Source: Bacteroidales bacterium (GTDB lineage: Bacteria; Bacteroidota; Bacteroidia; Bacteroidales; VadinHA17). From it: a stretch of DNA of 64,000 bases. Under the pieces are notes generated by a model. It did not search any database. It saw only the letters and a list, made by a program, of their open reading frames with translations, and was not told the DNA's origin. Positions 47,292 to 56,999 of this stretch are shown here, piece after piece. Within the stretch, counting starts at the first letter, position 1, and the number at the start of each line of letters is the position of its first letter. The stretch lies in contig JBBSAP010000002.1 of the NCBI GenBank assembly GCA_038252165.1, positions 51,892-115,891 of the forward strand. Direction: 5' to 3'. Position numbers and translations under genes: made by a program.

Positions 47292-47335
47292 AGCTAATTT
47301 TTAAAGCAAAATTATTTTGCATAGAGGCTAGTCAA

Positions 47336-49108
47336 ATGTTTAACAGATTAAAAATTAGTAAGGAAACAGATGTCTGGTATCTGCTGGCTTTCTTTTTTAT
47401 TCTGGCTTTCAGCTATTTTTACTGTTTTGGCGGTTATCTTCTCTTTTTTCAGGAACAGCAGTCATTGTTTCTTTATGACTCTGCCTATTTCCATGATTTT
47501 CTGATAAGACCAGGCGGATTTCTGGATCTGTCAGGGAAGTTTCTGACGCAGTTTTATTTTAGCAAATTCGCCGGCTCAGTAATTTTAGCTGTCGTCCTTA
47601 CACTTCCTGCTGTCGTTCTCCTGCACATAAACAGGAAACTTATACCCGGTGCAGGATTTTCAAATATTCTTCTGCTGATACCTTCCTGCATCATGCTGCT
47701 GATGCAGACCCACTATTATCACCTGATGATGTATAATCTTGGATTACTCTTTGCTTTGCTTTATTTCCTGCTTTCCGTATTATCAGATAAAAAGGCAATC
47801 CGTTACCTTGTACTGGTTCTGTTTCCGTTTTTTTATTACCTGACTGGTTCTTATGCACTGATCTTCTTATGTTTGTATATCCTCTATAACCTCTTATATA
47901 TTAAAGGTCCCCGGAAGTTTTACTTATCAATATTTTTATTGTCCGTAGCTGCACTCTCTTTAATATTATTCAAAAAGGTATTTCTGGTGCAGAGCATAAG
48001 CCAACTCTTCCTTTTCCCATTTCCATTCATTAATGACACTACCCATAAGGCACTGTTTTACTCCCTGACCGGCTATGTGATTTTGTATCCTGCACTTTGC
48101 AGGCTTTCTGGTTTGGTAAAACTGAAAAAGCTGAAAATCAGGTTAGTATGCCTGGTCCTTCCGGTTATCGTTTTTTCTTTGACAATTGTAATGCTGCTAA
48201 CAGGATATAATTCCCAGACAGCAAGGGTAATTAATCTTGAAAAACTTGCCTTTGAAGAAAAATGGAATGAGTTGATAGAATACCAGGAAAAATATCCTTC
48301 GGAGAATATGATTGGACAGTACTTCTATAATGTTGCTCTCTCTGAAACTGATCAGCTGTGCGACAGATTGTTTTACGGACGTCAGGATTTCGGCACAGGT
48401 TCTCTTTTCCTGGAATGGAGCAGTGAACATATTAATTGGGGAGCTTATTCTTTTTATGCCACCGGACTTATAAACGAAGCCCAGCGATGGGCCTATGAGG
48501 AAATGGTTGTTTACGGCCGATGTCCGCAGAATATGAAACTGCTGACAAAAACCAGTCTTATAACCGGTAATTACCGTATGGCGAAGAAATACACCGGAAT
48601 TTTGGGAAAAACACTTTTTTACAGAGCCTGGTCAAAAAAATATGAAAGAATGGCTGCAGACACTTCAATCATAAGGTCAGATCCTGAGCTGGGAATTAAG
48701 TTAAAGACTCTGCCGGGGGATGATTTTTTCATTCATCTCGAATCGCCCGAGGCTAATCTTCCACTGCTTGTTGATGAAAATCCGGAGAACAGAAGAGCTT
48801 TTGAATACCTGATGTCATGGTTGTTGCTTGGCAAGAATGTTGACATATTGGTGAATAATGTCAGGCTGATGAAAAATATGGGATACACCCGGATTCCCCT
48901 TCATATTGAAGAGGCAATTTTGATTTACTTTAACAGCCAGGGGAAGTTCCCTGATCTCGGCGGACTTACGATTAGCAACGAAACCAGGTTGCGGTTTAAC
49001 CAGTACTTTACAACCTATGTTCAGTCGCGGCAAAATCCTGCAACACTTAGAGAAAAAATGGAGAAACAATTCGGCAATACATTCTGGTATTATTTTCATT
49101 TTAAATGA
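47336..49108 (+). CDS. Large polytopic membrane protein with soluble C-terminal domain (DUF6057-like; assignment tentative)
   Basis: About 590 aa. About 9-10 hydrophobic segments in the first ~320 aa, then a helical soluble domain. The track start at 47267 is a TTG inside the repeat element, and the ATG (MFNRLKIS) is at 47336. Confidence 0.6.
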   Translation: MFNRLKISKETDVWYLLAFFFILAFSYFYCFGGYLLFFQEQQSLFLYDSAYFHDFLIRPGGFLDLSGKFLTQFYFSKFAGSVILAVVLTLPAVVLLHINRKLIPGAGFSNILLLIPSCIMLLMQTHYYHLMMYNLGLLFALLYFLLSVLSDKKAIRYLVLVLFPFFYYLTGSYALIFLCLYILYNLLYIKGPRKFYLSIFLLSVAALSLILFKKVFLVQSISQLFLFPFPFINDTTHKALFYSLTGYVILYPALCRLSGLVKLKKLKIRLVCLVLPVIVFSLTIVMLLTGYNSQTARVINLEKLAFEEKWNELIEYQEKYPSENMIGQYFYNVALSETDQLCDRLFYGRQDFGTGSLFLEWSSEHINWGAYSFYATGLINEAQRWAYEEMVVYGRCPQNMKLLTKTSLITGNYRMAKKYTGILGKTLFYRAWSKKYERMAADTSIIRSDPELGIKLKTLPGDDFFIHLESPEANLPLLVDENPENRRAFEYLMSWLLLGKNVDILVNNVRLMKNMGYTRIPLHIEEAILIYFNSQGKFPDLGGLTISNETRLRFNQYFTTYVQSRQNPATLREKMEKQFGNTFWYYFHFK

Positions 49109-49129
49109 ATCATACTGATTCCCTCTATA

Positions 49130-49465
49130 GGTGACATGTACTCACCACCGAGCCCCTCTTTTGGTGACATTTACTCACCCCCAACCCCCTCTAATGGTGA
49201 CATGTACTCACCCCAGAGTCCCTCTTATGGTGACATGTACTCACCCCCCAACCCCCTCTCTGCTGACGCAAAGAGGGAGCTTAAATCATCCACGATCTGT
49301 AATCTCCCCCTCTTTACGAAGTAGAGAGGGGGATTAAGGGGGTGAGTACCTGAAGAAAAGCAAAGAGGGGGTTGGGGGTGAGTACATGAAAAAAGAAGTA
49401 GAGCGGGGGAGGCTTAATCATGTACAGATTAAGCCCCTCCCACTACGGGGGAGGGGTTGGGGAGA
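49130..49465. repeat. Composite repeat block: four head-to-tail 33-nt units followed by inverted partial units and G/C-tract hairpins
   Basis: Units start at 49130, 49163, 49196 and 49229 (ggtgacatgtactcacc[cc..]a[ga]ccccctct.at). Inverted copies are agggggtgagtac (49336-49349) and agagggggttgggggtgagtacatg (49364-49388). Further hairpins are tccccctct/agaggggga, ggcttaatc/gattaagcc and cccctcc/ggagggg. Confidence 0.88.
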
Positions 49466-49472
49466 GGTCAGC

Positions 49473-49505
49473 CAAAAAAAAGAGACGCCCAATTTGGACG
49501 TCTCT
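49473..49505 (-). terminator. Rho-independent terminator of the minus-strand susC/susD pair
   Basis: On the minus strand: agagacgtcc-aaatt-gggcgtctct followed by tttttttt, about 30 nt after the SusD stop. Confidence 0.75.
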
Positions 49506-49536
49506 ATATCAAAAAACTGTTTAAATAATTACAAAA

Positions 49537-51318
49537 TCAATAAGCCGGATCCTGTGTAATAATACCTTTCTGAAGGTCGATCACACCCTGGTATATGGGC
49601 CAGTAATCATCTTCAGTAGCATTGAAGACGGCTACTCCCGGGGCTGCCAGAAACGACCTGAAGGTAATATCATCAGCGATGTAAGCATTCAGTGTTGTGG
49701 CCAGGATACCCCAGCGACGCAGGTCGAAGAAACGCATATTGGTGCATGCAAATTCAATCCTGGTCTCCTCCTGAACAGCTTTCAGCGCATTAGCCTTGGA
49801 ATCGAAAGGATATAATCCGGGGCCGGGATAAGGTTCTACCTTATAGTTGGCTGCAGGTTTATTCCAATCGACTACAGGATTAGAAGCGAGGTTTTTAGTA
49901 CTGGTGCAGAGTCCCATTACAGGAGTGCTGGTTTTTGCACGGTTGCGGATCATGTTTACATATGTCCTGGCGAGTTCCAGATCAGGAGCAGTTTCTTCCA
50001 GGGCACATTCAGCTCTCCATAAAAGGATACTTGCGTAACGGTAGGTCCTGAAGTTTTTCCCATTACGGAAGCCGGATCCGTTGAGGTTCAAAGACTGCTC
50101 TTCCTTCTTGTGCATGAATGTTTTGGTCATCATCGGTCCGCCATTATTCTGTTCACGAATCCAGTCATTTCCCGGATGAATACCCCAGCCCAGGAAGTCA
50201 ACGCCACGACGGGCTACGATCCAGTCAACACGCGGATCAAGAGGTTCCGCTGTCGGAGTAAAGTCTGCGCCGCTTGCTATACCCATATCAGTTTCCAGAT
50301 GTTTGCGGGCAGCCATATCGAGAACAGGCAATCCGTTAGCGTCAACCTGGAAAGCATCGAAAAGGTTCCGTGAAGGTTGATAAAATCCCCAGCCGCCGCA
50401 ACTTGCAGGGCCATTCTGATGGAAATTACATCCCGAACCATGGACAGAAGCAGTAGCTGTCGCTGTAGTGGTACACTGTAACTCGAAAATGGATTCAGCG
50501 TTATTCTCATGAGTCATGTCGAAGTTCCAGTAAAACTCAGGTACCAGACTGAATACGTTGCTGTTGATGATATCATCAAGAAGCGGTTTGGCAAGGACGT
50601 ATTCCTTCTGATACATATGGGCCTGGGCTTTTATGGCTTCGGCAGCATATTTGTTTATACGACCTTTTTCGTTATTGTATTTTGTTACCGGCAGATTGTC
50701 GATTGCAAACTGCAGGTCAGCTTCCATTTCATCCCAGCCGGGAGAGTCGTTTGGAACTGCTTCCGGTGCGAGATCTCCCAGTTCAGTCGGCGTTCTAACA
50801 TAAGGGATCTTTTCAAAGATCTTGTTTGCCTGGAAGTGGAACCATGCTCTCAGGGCTTTAAGCTCTCCTTCAACCTGCTTGGCCCTGGTATCACTTAACT
50901 TTGTAGGACCCTTCTGGGTCTCCCACAGGAATGTAAGAGCAACGTTTGCACGGGCAACCCCGTCATAACAAAGAGTCCATCTTTCGTTCAGATAAGGATT
51001 GTTGGGCAAAGCTTCATATCTCTCAAGCAGGTTATAATTAGCCTGGTCGCCTGCAGAGGTGCCTTTATAGGCATCATCGGAACACCCGCCGGCATAAGTC
51101 CAGTCGCTGGTCATAGCACCTCCGAACATAGATCCCCCATTCTGCATCCTCTCATAAACGCCAGCGAGTAGCGCTTCAACACCTTCCGGAGTCTGTATTA
51201 CACTACCTGCTGCTACCCCCGGGGGCTCTTTGGTAAGAAACGACTCACTGCATGAATATATCATCAGTAAGCTTCCGAGAAGCACGATGATTGATAATAG
51301 TTTGAATATTCTTTTCAT
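49537..51318 (-). CDS. SusD/RagB-family lipoprotein
   Basis: 593 aa. Lipobox MIYSC; SusD core (LKALRAWFHFQANKIF, YRYASILLWRAECALE). Confidence 0.9.
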   Translation of the reverse strand: MKRIFKLLSIIVLLGSLLMIYSCSESFLTKEPPGVAAGSVIQTPEGVEALLAGVYERMQNGGSMFGGAMTSDWTYAGGCSDDAYKGTSAGDQANYNLLERYEALPNNPYLNERWTLCYDGVARANVALTFLWETQKGPTKLSDTRAKQVEGELKALRAWFHFQANKIFEKIPYVRTPTELGDLAPEAVPNDSPGWDEMEADLQFAIDNLPVTKYNNEKGRINKYAAEAIKAQAHMYQKEYVLAKPLLDDIINSNVFSLVPEFYWNFDMTHENNAESIFELQCTTTATATASVHGSGCNFHQNGPASCGGWGFYQPSRNLFDAFQVDANGLPVLDMAARKHLETDMGIASGADFTPTAEPLDPRVDWIVARRGVDFLGWGIHPGNDWIREQNNGGPMMTKTFMHKKEEQSLNLNGSGFRNGKNFRTYRYASILLWRAECALEETAPDLELARTYVNMIRNRAKTSTPVMGLCTSTKNLASNPVVDWNKPAANYKVEPYPGPGLYPFDSKANALKAVQEETRIEFACTNMRFFDLRRWGILATTLNAYIADDITFRSFLAAPGVAVFNATEDDYWPIYQGVIDLQKGIITQDPAY

Positions 51319-51354
51319 AATTTATTTATATTAATTTTTCATAAAATATAAAGA

Positions 51355-54300
51355 TTAGAGGCCAAAGGAAATTCCAAACAGGAATTGCTTTGTTGTAGGC
51401 CATGCACCTGAGTCGATTCCCATATTGATTGCTGAATTTGGAATCGCTATTTCAGGATCCAGTCCCGAATACTTGGTCATGGTAAACAGGTTGGAACCCT
51501 GGAAATAAAGCGTGACGGTACTGAATCTGCTATTCAGAAGCTTGTTGAAATCGTACCCGATCCGCAGGGTTTTCATGCGCAGAAATGAACCGTCTTCCAG
51601 AAAGGCAGTTGATGGCTCCTGGTGCGGGGTGTCATTCTGATAAATGATCGGCATTGTAGCATCTGCATTGCTCTTCAGGTACGGGCTTCCCCATGATTCA
51701 TAAAGCCTTCTGTGGCTTTTTCCTGACTCGAACTGGGTATAGTCAATAAACCTGCTGACATAGTTTACAACATCGTTCCCAACTGTTGCAAACAGAGTGG
51801 TCGAAAAGCTGAATCCCTTGTAACCCAGGTTTATACTGAGACCTGCAGTAAAATCAGGATGAGGAGATCCGATATAGGTACGGTCGTTGGCATCGATAAC
51901 ATTATCAGGTTCGCCGTTAGGACCGCTTACATCTCTGTATTTGAAATGTCCGGGTTTATTGTATGTACCGGCAGCTCCGAATGCCTTTGGCCAATTATCG
52001 GCCTCAGCCTGGGACTGGAAGATACCGTCAACAATATAACCAAAGAATTCAGGGAATGCTCTCCCTGTCTGTGTCCTGGTATAATACTTCTCACGATACC
52101 CTGATCCCTGGTAGAAGTCAGTTGCAACGTCGGTAAGTCGTACCAGCTCATTTTTATAAGTTGAGAATACAAGGTCTGCGCTATATGTAAAATCGCCGTT
52201 CATTGAACTGTTTGCGTATCCAAGCGTAAGATCCACACCGGTATTTTTCATCTCACCTATGTTGATAGATGGCCTGGAAGCAGTACCAAGTACCAATGGT
52301 AATTGTTTTGGATAGAGCATATCTTTTGTGCTGCGCTGCCAGACATCCAAAGCTAAGGTGAAGTTTTTGAGCAGGGTTGCATCAATACCAATATTGATCG
52401 TGGTGGTTGACTCCCATTTTACACTGGTGTTACCGAAGGTGGACTGATAGAATCCGGTATTACTAAAGGCTGTATTATTACCTGTCATACCATAACTTGC
52501 GCCTTCTTCGCTGTAGGCAAACATGGTATAAGGATTATAATTACCACCCATAGTACCACTCATACGGTCGTTACCAACTGAGCCATAACCTACACGTATT
52601 TTAAGTTCATTCAGCCAGTTTTTGGTTGAGGCCATAAAGCTCTCTTCGGATACTCTCCATCCGGCTGAGAATGCCGGGAAAATACCATATTTTTTAGTTC
52701 CGAAACGGGAGGATCCATCGCGCCTTACCACTGCTTCAAAAAGATACTTGTCAGCAAATGCATAATTTAAACGTCCGAACAGTGAGAAGAGGCTGTATGC
52801 ACTATTCCCGTCTGAGTTAGCTATACTACGCAGACCTGTATTCAGACTCATATAATTAACGTCCAGGAACGGGAACTCTGCCCTGCTTGCGGCCATAGAG
52901 GTGGAATTATTATCATAAGCTTCAGAACCGACAATGGCCTTAAAGCTATGCTCACCTGTTGTCAGTGAATACTCAAGTGTATTTGTCCATGTCCAGTTCA
53001 GACCGGAACCGGCATTTTTAGTGTAGCTGTCATAAGTTCCTCTTTCTGCAGCAGCAACCTCAACAAATCCAAAACTCCTTTGATTATAGCCATACTGATT
53101 AATACCAATAAGGGTTTTGGCTGACAATCCTTTCAGAATGTTCAACCTGGCGAAGGCATTGCCACTGAAGTTCATCCGCTTGTAGAAATTGTACTGATTC
53201 TTGTCAAGCAGGAATAGCGGATTCTGGGCGTTGCCCATACCTGATGACCTTGATCCGGCATAGGTTGTTCCTGATTCATCATAGACAGGCACTGTTGTCG
53301 GGAGCCTGTAACACCATGAGACGATCGAAGATTCGCCGTTGTCTGTCTGATGTCCATGATCATTAGTGAACTGCACTCCCACATTCGTACCCAGATCGAT
53401 CCATTTTGCCGGGGATGTTGTAATATTTGAACGGAAACTATACCTTTCAAAACCAGTATATTTAAAGATTCCTTCTTCATCGGTGTAGCCAAGAAGAAAT
53501 GCGTAGGTAGTATTCTGAGAACCACCTGCAATATCGAGGGTATACTCCTTGAGTGCTGCGTTCCTCGTTGTTTCACCAAACCAGTCGGTGCCAGGACTTG
53601 CTCTTGCAATAAGGTATGTATCGTCTCCATCCCGAACAGCCATCTTATTGTCATATAATGACATGTCGGCAAGCGGCGATCCCTGCGCAGCCGCAGTGGG
53701 GAAGATATAATAAGGAATCACAGGTGCGGCACCGTTGCCAAACTGGGTATGCTTATAATTTTTAGGATCGGATGGTTGACCAATCGGCAAACCGGCATTC
53801 TTAGCCTCGAGCCAGAGCATATCAGCCCATTCCTGGGTATTCAGCAGACTGTAAAATTTTCCAGGTCTGGAAATACCCTGCCGTATGTTCAGATTCATGG
53901 TGACTTTCTGGTTTTTCTTACCTGCCTTGGTTGTGATAAGCACAACGCCGTTGGCAGCCCTTGCACCATAAATTGATTGCGCCGCAGCATCTTTTAATAT
54001 AGATATGGTTTCAACATCATTGGGTGAATAAGATCCGCCAGGCACACCATCAACAACATAAAGAGGGTTGGCATCGTTAATGGTTGTCATACCACGGATC
54101 CTGATAGAAGATCCTTCACCCGGGGTATGCTGGTTGAGTATTGTCACCCCGGCTACTTTACCCTGAAGACGGGTAATCGGGTCAGTAGCGGCACTTTCAG
54201 AAAGTGAAGCCGCATTAACCTGTGAAACAGCACCTGTAAGAGATTTCCTTGCCTGGGTTGAATAACCAACAACCACAATCTCATCAAGTTTTGTTTCGGC

Positions 54301-54669
54301 CTGTGTCATAACCACATCAATAGTACTCTGTGAACCCACAGGTATCTCTTTAGTCATGTAACCAATAAAGGAGAAGTTCAAAACTGAGCTTGAAGAAGCT
54401 ACAGGCAGGGCATACCTGCCATCTACATCTGTTATGGCACCGTTGATCGTGCCTTTTTCCAGGATGTTAACACCAGGCAGTGCTTCTCCCGCAGCATCTG
54501 TAACCCGGCCTGTGACTCTCTTCTGTTGCATATCACCAGGAGCAGGTACGCTGGCAGCAAATGCCTGTACCGTTCCAAGCAATAACAACAGTGTTAATAG
54601 TTTCACGACAAATTTGTATTTAATCAAACCCGTCCATAATGAAACATCTCGCATGATTGTTTTAGTCAT
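51355..54669 (-). CDS. SusC/RagA-family TonB-linked outer-membrane protein
   Basis: 1104 aa. CarboxypepD_reg (KRVTGRVTDAAGEALPGVNILEKGT), plug (VETISILKDAAAQSIYGARAANGVVLITTKAG), barrel ending LFGISFGL. Confidence 0.93.
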   Translation of the reverse strand: MTKTIMRDVSLWTGLIKYKFVVKLLTLLLLLGTVQAFAASVPAPGDMQQKRVTGRVTDAAGEALPGVNILEKGTINGAITDVDGRYALPVASSSSVLNFSFIGYMTKEIPVGSQSTIDVVMTQAETKLDEIVVVGYSTQARKSLTGAVSQVNAASLSESAATDPITRLQGKVAGVTILNQHTPGEGSSIRIRGMTTINDANPLYVVDGVPGGSYSPNDVETISILKDAAAQSIYGARAANGVVLITTKAGKKNQKVTMNLNIRQGISRPGKFYSLLNTQEWADMLWLEAKNAGLPIGQPSDPKNYKHTQFGNGAAPVIPYYIFPTAAAQGSPLADMSLYDNKMAVRDGDDTYLIARASPGTDWFGETTRNAALKEYTLDIAGGSQNTTYAFLLGYTDEEGIFKYTGFERYSFRSNITTSPAKWIDLGTNVGVQFTNDHGHQTDNGESSIVSWCYRLPTTVPVYDESGTTYAGSRSSGMGNAQNPLFLLDKNQYNFYKRMNFSGNAFARLNILKGLSAKTLIGINQYGYNQRSFGFVEVAAAERGTYDSYTKNAGSGLNWTWTNTLEYSLTTGEHSFKAIVGSEAYDNNSTSMAASRAEFPFLDVNYMSLNTGLRSIANSDGNSAYSLFSLFGRLNYAFADKYLFEAVVRRDGSSRFGTKKYGIFPAFSAGWRVSEESFMASTKNWLNELKIRVGYGSVGNDRMSGTMGGNYNPYTMFAYSEEGASYGMTGNNTAFSNTGFYQSTFGNTSVKWESTTTINIGIDATLLKNFTLALDVWQRSTKDMLYPKQLPLVLGTASRPSINIGEMKNTGVDLTLGYANSSMNGDFTYSADLVFSTYKNELVRLTDVATDFYQGSGYREKYYTRTQTGRAFPEFFGYIVDGIFQSQAEADNWPKAFGAAGTYNKPGHFKYRDVSGPNGEPDNVIDANDRTYIGSPHPDFTAGLSINLGYKGFSFSTTLFATVGNDVVNYVSRFIDYTQFESGKSHRRLYESWGSPYLKSNADATMPIIYQNDTPHQEPSTAFLEDGSFLRMKTLRIGYDFNKLLNSRFSTVTLYFQGSNLFTMTKYSGLDPEIAIPNSAINMGIDSGAWPTTKQFLFGISFGL

Positions 54670-55099
54670 ACTTTTGAAGTTAGTTAGGTTAATGAAAATA
54701 AATAATTAGAAATACTAAGTTAAAATTCTTAGAATATTTAAGGATTGGGAGCAGAGCTCCCGGTAGAAATTCAAAATTTAAGCTGTATCTTTCATAGGCA
54801 TCATGGTTAGGTTAGTAGGGTATTCCAAATATATTAAATTTTTTTCCTTTTCAAACTTTTTGCAGATATTTTTTTAAATCATGTAATCAGCATATTAGCA
54901 AAGTTCTATAGATTGTTAATATGAAGAAATGATTCGCACTGACCTGAATTTTATGAATTTTTAATTAAAAAGACGTTAAAACTGCTTAATGAAGTCCTGA
55001 AAGAAAAATGATATCTGAGAAAATGTAGTAAATTTATTGACCTTTCCGTCAGGGTTATATGTTTTATAAGCCCTCTGGAGCATATGAAAAGAATACAAT

Positions 55100-56842
55100 A
55101 TGAAAAGGAGCTTTATCTATATTTTGTTGATAATAATACCCATGATGGGCTTGCTGAGTGACTGCAGTGATGATTTTCTCGATGTACAGCCGTCAGGTGG
55201 TTTAAGCCAGTTTACACTGGCAACTGAGAAAGGTATTAACGCCCTGCTCGTCGGAGCCTATTCACTGCTTGACGGCGTAAGCTCTTCATTCGGATGGGAG
55301 TCTGCATCTTCCAACTGGGTGTATGGATCTATACGGGGTATGGAAGCCAACAAGGGAACTGATGCAGGTGATTCGCCTTCTGATATCATTTCAATTCAAA
55401 ACTTTTCGGAAACAGCCTCGAATATCTGGACAACCACATATCTGAATATAAAATGGATAGAGGTATATGAAGCTATAGCAAGGTGCAATAATGTAGTCAG
55501 GGTAATAAACCAGGCACTTGCAGATGGCAATATTACGCAGGCGCAGGCTGACCTTTTTCTTGAACAGGCAAGGGCACTGAGGGGATGGTACCACTTTGAA
55601 GCATGGAGAATGTGGGCAAAAATACCCTATGTGGATGAGACAACAGATATTGGTGCTGTCACTAATAAAGAGGATATAAGAGATAAAATTATTGCCGATC
55701 TGCAGGCTGGGACTAAATTGCCGGATAATATGGGCGCAATCGGTAGATTTAACGGGACTGTTTCAAAAGTTCTCCTCGCCAAAGCCCAAATGCAGATGAA
55801 CCATAATTATACTGAAGCGCTTGCTCTCCTACAAAGCGCTAAAAACGGAACAAAACCAAACGGTGCTCCAATAGGACTTGCGCCTACCTATGGCGAAATA
55901 TTTGATGTCGTCAACAGGAACGGCATTGAATCTGTCTATACAGTTCAGACTTCAGTAAATGACGGTTCCGGAGGTATTAATGGGGGATATGGAGAAGTTT
56001 TGAATTTCCCCTACAAGCCATATGGAGGTGGACCGGCAGGCTGCTGCGGATTTTTCCAGCCCACACAGGAGTTTGTAAATTCATTCAGAACATCAGGCGG
56101 ATTGCCATTACCTGACTTTTCCTATAATGAAAATCCGGTGAAAAGCGACCAGGGATTAAAACCATCGGATCCTTTTACTGAAGATACCGGACCTCTTGAT
56201 CCAAGGATTGACTGGTCAGTCGGCAGAAGGGGAATCCCATACTGGGACTGGGGTGTTCATTCCGGTTCAGACTGGTTACGTGAACAGTCTTATGCAGGAC
56301 CTTACAGCCCAAAGAAACAGGTATATAAAAAATCACAGGAAGGAGTATATACAGAAGTTGACAGCTGGTCATCAGGATTTACTGCAAATGGATACCGTAT
56401 GATACGTTATGCTGACATTCTGTTATTACTGGCTGAATGCCAGATAGAAACAGGAGATCTTCCCGGAGCGCTTGCAAATATTAATCTGGTCCGGGCAAGA
56501 GCCGCAAATCCTGCCGGATTTGTAAAAGAGGCAGATGGAGTTACCAATGCAGCAAATTATGTTATTTCTGAATATCTTTCATTCCCTGACAGGGATTATG
56601 CAAGAAAAGCCCTTTATCTGGAAAGAAAACTGGAATTGGGTCAGGAAGGTCACAGATGGTTCGATCTGAACAGGTGGGGAATTGCGGTTGCCGAACTTAA
56701 CAGAGCACTTGAATATGAGAAAGCAACTCCCTGGGGAAACAATTTGTACGGGAATGCAATAGTTGGTCCGGAGGATATAACTTACCCCATTCCCCAGCGC
56801 CAGATAGACTTAAGCGACGGGAGACTGGTTCAAAACAGGTAG
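55100..56842 (+). CDS. SusD/RagB-family lipoprotein, orphan (no adjacent co-directional SusC); close paralog of 34770..36515
   Basis: 580 aa. Lipobox LLSDC. Long blocks are identical or near-identical to the first SusD (GWESAS.NWVYGSIRG.EANKGTD, RGWYHFEAWRMW, GCCGFF.PTQEFVNSFRTSGGLPL, LELGQEGHRWFDLNRWG). Confidence 0.9.
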   Translation: MKRSFIYILLIIIPMMGLLSDCSDDFLDVQPSGGLSQFTLATEKGINALLVGAYSLLDGVSSSFGWESASSNWVYGSIRGMEANKGTDAGDSPSDIISIQNFSETASNIWTTTYLNIKWIEVYEAIARCNNVVRVINQALADGNITQAQADLFLEQARALRGWYHFEAWRMWAKIPYVDETTDIGAVTNKEDIRDKIIADLQAGTKLPDNMGAIGRFNGTVSKVLLAKAQMQMNHNYTEALALLQSAKNGTKPNGAPIGLAPTYGEIFDVVNRNGIESVYTVQTSVNDGSGGINGGYGEVLNFPYKPYGGGPAGCCGFFQPTQEFVNSFRTSGGLPLPDFSYNENPVKSDQGLKPSDPFTEDTGPLDPRIDWSVGRRGIPYWDWGVHSGSDWLREQSYAGPYSPKKQVYKKSQEGVYTEVDSWSSGFTANGYRMIRYADILLLLAECQIETGDLPGALANINLVRARAANPAGFVKEADGVTNAANYVISEYLSFPDRDYARKALYLERKLELGQEGHRWFDLNRWGIAVAELNRALEYEKATPWGNNLYGNAIVGPEDITYPIPQRQIDLSDGRLVQNR

Positions 56843-56895
56843 AAAAAGTTGCTGGTTGCGAGTTACTGGTTCCTGGTCAGGAAAGCAGCAAGCAG

Positions 56896-56978
56896 AGCAA
56901 CAAGCAACAAGCAACAAGCAACAAGCAACAAGCAACAAGCAACAAGCAACAAGCAACAAGCAACAAGCAACAAGCAAC
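56896..56978. repeat. Heptanucleotide microsatellite (AGCAACA) x11 plus a partial copy
   Basis: Perfect copies start at 56896, 56903 ... 56966, and a partial agcaac starts at 56973. The tract ends 21 nt upstream of the thiamine pyrophosphokinase ATG and is flanked by the 8-bp inverted repeat aagttgct/agcaactt. Confidence 0.95.
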
Positions 56979-56999
56979 TTGATTAATATACATTCGGTT

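Noticed and set aside
49130-49262. Possible CRISPR array (regular ~33-nt repeats)
   Set aside because: The units are directly adjacent with no unique spacers. They are imperfect, there are no cas genes in the window, and inverted copies follow. This is a tandem/inverted repeat block, not a CRISPR.
49131-49337. Track ORFs encoding repetitive peptides (MTCTHHRAPLLVTFTHPQPP..., MYSPPSPSFGDIYSPP...)
   Set aside because: Both are overlapping frames across the same tandem repeat with no independent coding signal. They are translations of repeat DNA.
56856-56999. N-terminal extension of thiamine pyrophosphokinase containing (QQATSNK)n
   Set aside because: The extension is just the heptamer microsatellite read in frame, and a mirror ORF exists on the other strand (56810-57043). 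TPK homology starts at the Met at 57000. A role as a phase-variable leader is kept as a caveat in the findings.
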